Positions 25,352-32,000 of a DNA stretch of 32,000 bases are shown in pieces. Origin of the DNA: Alkalilimnicola ehrlichii MLHE-1 (lineage in GTDB: Bacteria; Pseudomonadota; Gammaproteobacteria; Nitrococcales; Halorhodospiraceae); contig NC_008340.1 of assembly GCF_000014785.1 (NCBI RefSeq), positions 870,001 through 902,000 on the forward strand, in the 5' to 3' direction. Each line of letters opens with the position of its first letter. Positions within the stretch are counted from its first letter, which is position 1. The notes beneath the pieces are model-generated. The model did no database searches and was not told where the DNA came from. It saw only the letters and a program-made list of their open reading frames with translations. The translations under genes and the position numbers were made by a program.

Positions 25352-27281
25352 TCGCCGGCGACGGCTTGGCCGCCGCCACTGCCAATCGCCGGCCCAGCAC
25401 GTCGTTGCACGGGCCGGGGGCCTCATAGCCCTCCACCGCCCCGGCCAGCAACTGGCGGGCGGCCTCACAATCGAACCGGGCTGCGGCCCGGCGCAGATCC
25501 TCCAGCAGGCGCTGCAGGCCATCCGCGGGTAGCCGCGCCTCGCTGGCCCGGCAGATCATGGGGTGGTCGGTGCCGGTCACCGCCTCGCCCAGCAGCAATT
25601 CCTCATAGAGCTTCTCGCCCGGGCGCAGGCCGGTGTAACGGATCTCGATATCGCCCGCCGGGCGCGCCTCGTCGCGCACCGTCAGCCCGGACAGCCGGAT
25701 CATCCGCCGGGCGAGGTCGTCGATCCGGACCGGCTCGCCCATGTCCAGCACAAACACCTCGCCGCCCCGCGCCATGGCGCCGGCCTGGATCACCAGGGAG
25801 GCGGCCTCGGGGATGGTCATGAAGTAGCGGGTGACCTCGGGATGGGTGACCGTGACCGGACCGCCCTTGCGAATCTGTTCGCGGAACAGCGGCACGACTG
25901 AGCCGGACGAGCCGAGGACATTGCCGAAGCGGACCATGGAGAACACCGTGGGGACACCTTGCCGGCGGGCCAGGTCCTGAACCACCTGTTCCGCCATCCG
26001 CTTGCTCGCGCCCATGACATTGGTGGGGCGCACCGCCTTGTCGGTACTGATCAGCACGAAGTGGGGGACGCCGGCGGCGGCCGCGGCCTCCGCCGTGCGC
26101 AGGGTGCCGAAGACGTTGTTATGGATGCCCTGCAGGCTGTTCGCCTCGACCAGTGGTACGTGCTTGTAGGCGGCGGCGTGGTAGACGCTGTGGATGGCGA
26201 AGGCGCTCATCAGCGCCTGCATGCGCTCGCCGTCGGTCACATCCCCGAGCACCGGGTGCAGCTCCGGTTGGTGCGCCTGACCCTCCATCTGGTAGCGGAG
26301 CTCCTTCTCAATGGCGTAGAGCGCGAACTCACTGCGCTCCACCAGGACCAGTCGCCGTGGCCGCAGGCGGAGGATCTGCCGGCAGAGCTCAGAGCCAATG
26401 GAGCCGCCGGCCCCGGTCACCATGACTGCATGACCGGCGATACAGCGCCGCAGCAGTTCCGGCCGCGGGGCCACCGCATCCCGGCCCAGCAGGTCCTCCA
26501 CCTCCACCTCGCGCACGTCCTCCATGCCGGCGCGTCGGGTGACCAGATCGGACAGCGGCGGGATGGTGAGGATGTGCACGTTGAGGGGCTCCAGCCGCTC
26601 GACGATGCGGCGTCGCTCCGGCCGGGCCAGTCGGGCCATGGCCAGCAGCACGTAGGCAACCCGCTCACGGTCGATCAATGCCGGCAGGCGTTGCGGAGGA
26701 TGCACGCTGACTCCCTGGATGATGGTGCCCTGCTTGCGCGGGTCATCGTCGACAAAGGCCACCGGGCGGTAATGGGTATTGCCGATCAGGCTGCTCGCCA
26801 GCTCGATGCCGCAGTTGCCGGCCCCGTAGATCACCACCGGCTGCCGGTGGCGATCTCCCTCTCCGTTGGCCGCGCGCCGGAACCAGCCTCGCACCACGAT
26901 GCGCAGGCCGCCAACGGCACACAGGCTGAGCAGGGCGAAATTGAGGACAACCGGAAGGCTGAGTGTCCATTGCGGCATTACCGAAATGATTACGGTCAGG
27001 GCGAGGGTGGAGGCCATCACCCCCTTGGTGATGGTGGCCAGGGCGTGGGCACCCATCCATCGGACCACGGCGCGATAAAGACCGAAGAGTGCGAACAGGG
27101 GGATGGCCACGATGGGCACCAGCGCATACAACGCCCACAGGGTGGGATCAAAACTGGCCGGGCCGACCCCCGCGTGAAGGACCAGAGCGGCCCAAAGGGC
27201 CAGGACCACTACAGCAGCGTCGGCCAGGACCATCAGCCCCTGCTTTACGGGGCGCGGAAGACCTGCAAGATAATGGTGCAT
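25275..27281 (-). CDS. Membrane-bound nucleoside-diphosphate-sugar dehydratase (FlaA1/CapD/WbpM-like), copy 1
   Basis: N-terminal TMs, VVIYGAGNCGIELAS, VMVTGAGGSIGSELCRQI, YHAAAYKHVPLVE, STDKAVRPTNVMGASKR. ATG 27281 aligns with the start of the paralogue; the listed TTG 27314 is an alternative. Confidence 0.92.
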   Translation of the reverse strand: MHHYLAGLPRPVKQGLMVLADAAVVVLALWAALVLHAGVGPASFDPTLWALYALVPIVAIPLFALFGLYRAVVRWMGAHALATITKGVMASTLALTVIISVMPQWTLSLPVVLNFALLSLCAVGGLRIVVRGWFRRAANGEGDRHRQPVVIYGAGNCGIELASSLIGNTHYRPVAFVDDDPRKQGTIIQGVSVHPPQRLPALIDRERVAYVLLAMARLARPERRRIVERLEPLNVHILTIPPLSDLVTRRAGMEDVREVEVEDLLGRDAVAPRPELLRRCIAGHAVMVTGAGGSIGSELCRQILRLRPRRLVLVERSEFALYAIEKELRYQMEGQAHQPELHPVLGDVTDGERMQALMSAFAIHSVYHAAAYKHVPLVEANSLQGIHNNVFGTLRTAEAAAAAGVPHFVLISTDKAVRPTNVMGASKRMAEQVVQDLARRQGVPTVFSMVRFGNVLGSSGSVVPLFREQIRKGGPVTVTHPEVTRYFMTIPEAASLVIQAGAMARGGEVFVLDMGEPVRIDDLARRMIRLSGLTVRDEARPAGDIEIRYTGLRPGEKLYEELLLGEAVTGTDHPMICRASEARLPADGLQRLLEDLRRAAARFDCEAARQLLAGAVEGYEAPGPCNDVLGRRLAVAAAKPSPAISPWPAPCTGTDNSSNRSSAHSVSG

Positions 27282-27531
27282 AATAGCCTGAAAAATCCAT
27301 TTTATATTTTTCAATCAGGCCGGTAATTCGGGCCTGGGCGGGCGCTATTATGTAGTCAAGCTGACAGCTTGCCGCACCGCAATAGTTAAATAGGTCTATT
27401 CGGTTATCAGTAATGGGAAGCCTTAAGGAAAGGGTGAGCCGCTTTTATTATGACGGCCGAACGCTTTCCCCGTCAGCGCCAGAGCTGAAACCTTCCTCTG
27501 TAATCACGAGGGCCGCCAACCCTCTCCCCCC

Positions 27532-27638
27532 TCATCGCGAGGGCCGCAGGCCCGTGGCGATCCAGGGCGGTAGACTGCCACGTCGGCTTCGCCTCCTCGC
27601 AGTGACGGTGGGGGCGGGGCCGCGCTCGCAGTGAGGGT
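27532..27638. repeat. ~105-bp dispersed repeat, copy A
   Basis: tcatcgcgagggccgcaggcccgtggcgatccagggcggtagactgccacgtcg...ctcctcgcagtgacggtgggggcggg..., near-identical to 27697-27801. Confidence 0.85.
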
Positions 27639-27696
27639 AGGGGGCGCCCGCAGCGTCTGGCCATGTTCATCAAGAGGGCCGAAGGCCACCCCACCG

Positions 27697-27801
27697 TCAT
27701 CGCGAGGGCCGAAGGCCCGTGGCGATCCAGGGCGGTAGACTGCCACGTCGCTTCGCTCCTCGCAGTGACGGTGGGGGCGGGTCCACGCTCGCAGTGATGG
27801 T
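27697..27801. repeat. ~105-bp dispersed repeat, copy B
   Basis: tcatcgcgagggccgaaggcccgtggcgatccagggcggtagactgccacgtcgcttcgctcctcgcagtgacggtgggggcggg... Confidence 0.85.
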
Positions 27802-27850
27802 GGGGGGCTGCGCTGGCAATAAGGGTGGGGGGCTGCGCTGGCAGTGAGGG
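27801..27850. repeat. Tandem 25-bp repeat, two units
   Basis: tggggggctgcgctggcaataaggg / tggggggctgcgctggcagtgaggg. Confidence 0.8.
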
Positions 27851-27884
27851 TGGGGGCAGGCCTGCGTCCGCCGTGACGGGGGAG

Positions 27885-29915
27885 TCAGCGTTTAGCCAAT
27901 GGGGCTTCTGATTGGGGGGCGCTTATTGGCGTGGTGCCACGCTGGTAGGCCCGGCGGATGGGGCAGGGGCCTTCGCCGTCCCTGAACAGGCCTCGGGCGA
28001 CGGCGTCGGCCGACTCGTTCAGCTGCCGCCCGAGCACGTCGCAGTTGGGTCCGGCGGCCTCGTAACCCTCCACCACCTGGGCCATCAGCTTGCGGGCGTC
28101 CTGGGTGTTGTAGCGCCGGCAGGCCGCGCGCAGCTCGCTTAGCAGGCTTTGCAGGGTATCGGTGGGCAAGTGCCCCTCGCGGGCGCGCATGATCATGGGG
28201 TGGCTGGTCTCGGTGACCGCCTCACCCAGCAGCAGCTCCTCATACAACTTCTCGCCGGGGCGCAGGCCGGTGAAATGGATCTCGATGTCGCCATCGGGGT
28301 GTTCCGCGTTTCGCTCCTCGAGACCGGACAGACGGATCATGCGCCGGGCCAGGTCGACGATGCGCACCGGCTCGCCCATGTCCAGCACGAAGACCTCGCC
28401 GCCGTGGGCCATGGATCCCGCCTGCAGGACCAGCGAGGCGGCCTCGGGGATGGTCATGAAATAGCGGGTGACCTCGGGGTGGGTGACCGTGATCGGGCCG
28501 CCGTTGCGGATCTGCTCGCGGAACAGCGGCACCACCGAGCCGGAGGAGCCGAGCACATTACCGAAGCGGACCATGGAGAAGCGGGTGCGGATATCGGGCT
28601 GACGGGCCAACCCCTGCAGCACCAGTTCGGCCAGGCGCTTGCTCGCCCCCATGACATTGGTGGGGCGGACGGCCTTGTCGGTGCTCACTAGCACGAAGTA
28701 CCGGACCCCGGCCTCCACCGCCGCCAGGGCCGTGTGCAGGGTGCCGAAGACGTTGTTATCGATGCCCTCCAGCACGTTGGTCTCCACCAGCGGGACGTGC
28801 TTGTAGGCAGCGGCGTGATAGACCGTGTCGACGCGGAAGGCGTGCATCAGCATTTCCATGCGCGCCAGGTCGGTGACATTGGCCAGGACGGCCTGGACGG
28901 CGGGGCGCCGGGCCTCCCCCTGCAACTGAGCCTGGAGCTCGCGCTCGATGGCGTAGAGGGCGAACTCGGAGCGCTCGACCAACACCAGCTGAGTGGGCTG
29001 CTCGCGCAGGATCTGCCGGCAAAGCTCGGAGCCGATGGAGCCCCCGGCGCCGGTGACCATGACCGTCTTACCGCGGATGCAGCGGGCGAGCAGCTCCCGC
29101 CGCGGGCCCACGGCATCACGCCCGAGCAGGTCCTCCACCTCCACCTCCCGCACCTCGTCGGGACTGGCCCGGTTGGCCACGATGTCCGCCAGGCTGGGGA
29201 TGGTGAGGATGTGGGCGGGCAGCGGCTCCAACTGGGCGACGATCTCCCGGCGGCGGGTCCGCGACAGCCGCGGCATGGCCAGCAGGATATACTCCAGCCG
29301 GTTGCGGTCGATCAGTTCTGCCAGCTCGGCCGGTTTGCGCACGGGCAGCCCGGCGATCACCGTGCCCTGTTTTGCCGGGTTGTCATCCACGAAGGCCACC
29401 GGGCGGTACTGCCGGCCATTGAACAGGCTGGTGGCCAGGCCAATCCCCCCGGTCCCCGCGCCGTAGATGACCACCGGCTTCTCGGTCCCCCGGCGTTTGA
29501 TCGCCGCCTGGAACCAAGCGCGCACCACCAGGCGCGACCCGCCCACCATGAACAGCGCCAGCAGCCAGTAGATCAGCAGAGCGGAGCGGGGAATACCCTC
29601 CAGCCGGCCCAGCATAACCAGGGCGCCGAAGACCAGTGCGGACAGGGTCACCCCCTGCACCACCGCAATGATCGCCTGCAGCCCCATGTAACGGACCACC
29701 GCGCGGTAAAGGCCGAACAGGGCGAAAACCGGCAGGCTGACCGCCGGCACGAGCAGCAGCAGCCACCCGTAGTCCAGCAGCACACCGGGGACGGGGGTCC
29801 CCAGGCGCAGGCTGAAGGCCGCCCACAGGGCCACGGGCAGCATGAGCGTGTCCGCCATGATCATGACGAACCGCTTCACCGGGCGTGGCAGATCGATGAG
29901 GAACGCTTTATTCAT
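27885..29915 (-). CDS. Membrane-bound nucleoside-diphosphate-sugar dehydratase (FlaA1/CapD/WbpM-like), copy 2
   Basis: Same architecture and motifs as the 25275-27281 product (VMVTGAGGSIGSELCRQIL, YHAAAYKHVPLVETN, STDKAVRPTNVMGASKRLAE). Confidence 0.92.
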   Translation of the reverse strand: MNKAFLIDLPRPVKRFVMIMADTLMLPVALWAAFSLRLGTPVPGVLLDYGWLLLLVPAVSLPVFALFGLYRAVVRYMGLQAIIAVVQGVTLSALVFGALVMLGRLEGIPRSALLIYWLLALFMVGGSRLVVRAWFQAAIKRRGTEKPVVIYGAGTGGIGLATSLFNGRQYRPVAFVDDNPAKQGTVIAGLPVRKPAELAELIDRNRLEYILLAMPRLSRTRRREIVAQLEPLPAHILTIPSLADIVANRASPDEVREVEVEDLLGRDAVGPRRELLARCIRGKTVMVTGAGGSIGSELCRQILREQPTQLVLVERSEFALYAIERELQAQLQGEARRPAVQAVLANVTDLARMEMLMHAFRVDTVYHAAAYKHVPLVETNVLEGIDNNVFGTLHTALAAVEAGVRYFVLVSTDKAVRPTNVMGASKRLAELVLQGLARQPDIRTRFSMVRFGNVLGSSGSVVPLFREQIRNGGPITVTHPEVTRYFMTIPEAASLVLQAGSMAHGGEVFVLDMGEPVRIVDLARRMIRLSGLEERNAEHPDGDIEIHFTGLRPGEKLYEELLLGEAVTETSHPMIMRAREGHLPTDTLQSLLSELRAACRRYNTQDARKLMAQVVEGYEAAGPNCDVLGRQLNESADAVARGLFRDGEGPCPIRRAYQRGTTPISAPQSEAPLAKR

Positions 29916-30164
29916 TATTAATAAAAAGACGGAATGATGCTGCGATTCGTGCAGTGCAGCAGAATACCGCCATCTTAGGCCGATTGCCGGCGTTTGCCTA
30001 GACGCGACAACCCCTGTCCGGCAGAAAGGCAGGGGTGGCGGGGTCCGGGCGCGGGGGCGTGGCGGATGTGGTGTCGCGACAACACGACACTACCTGTCGC
30101 ATGGTGGCGTGTATCCTGCTATCTGATCCATTATTTGACGTTATTGTTGCCTTAGGAGGGTGAA

Positions 30165-32000
30165 TTGGCGACCCCAGCGCTGCAGCCCGGTTTCATGGTG
30201 GTCCACGGCAACCGCCTGGAGGACCTCCGCGCTCTGATCGTGGAGTGGATGCAGGCCTATCCACCGGCACCGTTGGAGACCGAAACCGTCTTGGTGCAGA
30301 GCAACGGCATGGCCCAGTGGCTCAGCCATGCCCTCGCGGCTCACCCGGAGTCGGAGGAGCCGGGTTGCGGGATCGCCGCCGGTCTGTCCATGCAGCTCCC
30401 GGCCCGTTTCACCTGGACCGCCTACCGCGAGGTGCTGGGGCACGAGGCGGTGCCCCCGGAGTCTCCCTTCGACAAGCGGCCGCTCACCTGGCGGCTGATG
30501 CGCCTGCTGCCGGAGCTCATCGATGAGCCCGGGTTCGAGCCGCTGCGGGGCTTCCTGGCCCGGGACGATGACCGGCGTAAGCGCCACCAACTGGCCGAGC
30601 GCCTGGCCGACCTGCTGGACCAGTACCAGGTCTACCGGGCCGACTGGCTGGTGGACTGGGCGCAGGGGCACGATCAATGCGCCGGCCCGGGCCGGGCGCC
30701 GCGCCCCCTGGATGCGCGCGAGCGATGGCAACCCCGGCTCTGGCGCGCCCTGCTGGCGGACATGGACGAGGCGGAGCGGGGGTTGAGCCGGGCCGCCATC
30801 CACGCCCGCTACCGGGAGGCGGTGCGCGAACTGGACCGGCGGCCGGCGGGACTCCCGCGCCGGCTCATCGTCTTCGGCATCTCTTCATTGCCCCACCAGG
30901 TGCTTGAGGCGCTGGAGGCCCTGGCCGACTTCACCCAGATCCTGGTCTGCGTTCACAACCCCTGCGAGCACTACTGGGCGGACATCGTTGCCGACAAGGA
31001 CCTGCTGCGCGCCCGTCGCCGCCGGCAGTCGCCCAAGCCGGGCATGCCCGAACGGCTGGACGATAGCGAGCTGCACAATCACGCTCAACCGCTGCTGGCG
31101 GCCTGGGGCAAGCAGGGCCGGGACTACATCCGCCTGCTGGACGAACATGATGATCCGGCGCACTATCGCCACCTGATTGAATCCCTCTCCTGGCAGCGCA
31201 TCGACCTCTTCCGACCCCACGGGGGCGACTGCCTGCTGCACCAACTGCAGGACGATATCCGCGAGCTCCGCCCGCTGGCCGAGACCCGGGCCGCCTGGCC
31301 GCCGGTGGCCGCCGATGACGCCTCGATCCAGTTCCACATCGCCCACAGCCCCCAGCGCGAGGTGGAGATCCTCCACGACCGGCTGCTGGGGCGGTTCAAT
31401 GACGCCTCACGCCCCACCCTCCGGCCGCGCGATGTCATCGTGATGGTCCCGGACATCGACCGCTACGCCCCCCACATTCAGGCGGTCTTCGGCCAGACCG
31501 AGCCGGGCGACCCGCGCCATATCCCCTATACCCTCTCCGACCAGGGCCGACGCGGTCGCGACACCGTTCTTATCGCCCTGGAGCAACTGCTGCATCTGCC
31601 GGAGAGCCGCTGCGCGGTCAGCGAGCTGCTGGACCTGCTGGACGTACCCGCCCTTCGGCGCCGCTTTGGTCTGGAGGAGGGAGACCTGCAGCGGCTCCAC
31701 CGCTGGGCCGAAGGGGCCGGAGTGCGCTGGGGCCTGGATGCCGAGCAGCGGGCGCACCTGGACCTGCCCGCCGGGCTTACGCTGCATACCTGGCGCTTTG
31801 GCCTGCGCCGGATGCTGCTCGGCTACGCCGTCGGCAGCGGCGAGGCCTGGCACGGGGTGGAGCCCTACGACGAGGTGGGCGGCCTGGACGCCGCCCTGCT
31901 GGGACCGCTGGAGCAGTTGCTCGCCACTCTGGAGGCCGCCTGGGCGCGGCTGCGTGAAGCGCATGCCCCGGCGGTCTGGGGCGAGCATCTGCGTTGGCTG
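30165..32000 (+). CDS. recC: Exodeoxyribonuclease V gamma subunit RecC, N-terminal part (3' truncated by the window)
   Basis: TTG start with AGGAGG upstream; FMVVHGNRLEDLRALIVEWM...ETVLVQSNGMAQWLSHALA..CGIAAGLSMQLPARFTWTAYREVL; LIVFGISSLPHQVLEALEALA; frame open to the window end (612 codons). Confidence 0.92.
   Translation, partial: MATPALQPGFMVVHGNRLEDLRALIVEWMQAYPPAPLETETVLVQSNGMAQWLSHALAAHPESEEPGCGIAAGLSMQLPARFTWTAYREVLGHEAVPPESPFDKRPLTWRLMRLLPELIDEPGFEPLRGFLARDDDRRKRHQLAERLADLLDQYQVYRADWLVDWAQGHDQCAGPGRAPRPLDARERWQPRLWRALLADMDEAERGLSRAAIHARYREAVRELDRRPAGLPRRLIVFGISSLPHQVLEALEALADFTQILVCVHNPCEHYWADIVADKDLLRARRRRQSPKPGMPERLDDSELHNHAQPLLAAWGKQGRDYIRLLDEHDDPAHYRHLIESLSWQRIDLFRPHGGDCLLHQLQDDIRELRPLAETRAAWPPVAADDASIQFHIAHSPQREVEILHDRLLGRFNDASRPTLRPRDVIVMVPDIDRYAPHIQAVFGQTEPGDPRHIPYTLSDQGRRGRDTVLIALEQLLHLPESRCAVSELLDLLDVPALRRRFGLEEGDLQRLHRWAEGAGVRWGLDAEQRAHLDLPAGLTLHTWRFGLRRMLLGYAVGSGEAWHGVEPYDEVGGLDAALLGPLEQLLATLEAAWARLREAHAPAVWGEHLRWL

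Noticed and set aside
25959-27326. 455-aa and (28734-29921) 395-aa plus-strand ORFs opposite the two dehydratases
   Set aside because: Both are His/Gln/Gly-rich antisense translations of paralogous genes; their mutual similarity is explained by the similarity of the sense genes.
30245-30786. Short plus-strand ORFs listed at 30245-30526 and 30523-30786
   Set aside because: They lie in other frames of recC, whose own frame was left out of the track because it runs off the end of the window.

Overview
High-GC gammaproteobacterial-type chromosome segment with five blocks. (1) 1-5502 (+): a tightly coupled operon of a TonB-dependent receptor C-terminus (partial), a DsbD/SafE-like membrane protein, an exported Ig/DUF4198-like protein, a NapH-like polyferredoxin, a 2-hydroxyacyl-CoA dehydratase/double-cubane-type Fe-S protein and its BadF-type ATPase activator. 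(2) 5534-8430 (-): korAB-type 2-oxoacid:ferredoxin oxidoreductase. (3) About 8.7-17.8 kb: a compact (~9.0 kb) integrated element in tRNA-Val(GAC), bounded by a 107-bp direct repeat. It has a P4-type integrase, an AlpA-like regulator, a primase-polymerase/AAA helicase, a candidate iteron origin, a terminase large subunit and an HK97-type capsid protein, but no recognisable portal, protease or tail genes. It therefore looks like a minimal capsid/terminase-encoding phage satellite rather than a prophage. A paired octamer (TGGTCACA-N3-TGGTCACA) recurs at both ends of the element and again in front of the packaging operon. (4) 18.5-29.9 kb: exopolysaccharide/capsule genes (tviB-like, wzi, wzb, wza, wzc and two paralogous FlaA1/CapD-like dehydratases) with a GC-rich repeat cluster between the paralogues. 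(5) 30165-end (+): recC, open at the window edge. An unannotated 36-codon small ORF with a strong Shine-Dalgarno and a hairpin after its stop lies at 18041-18151 (-). All family calls are by eye from motifs and sequence character; no database searches were run.
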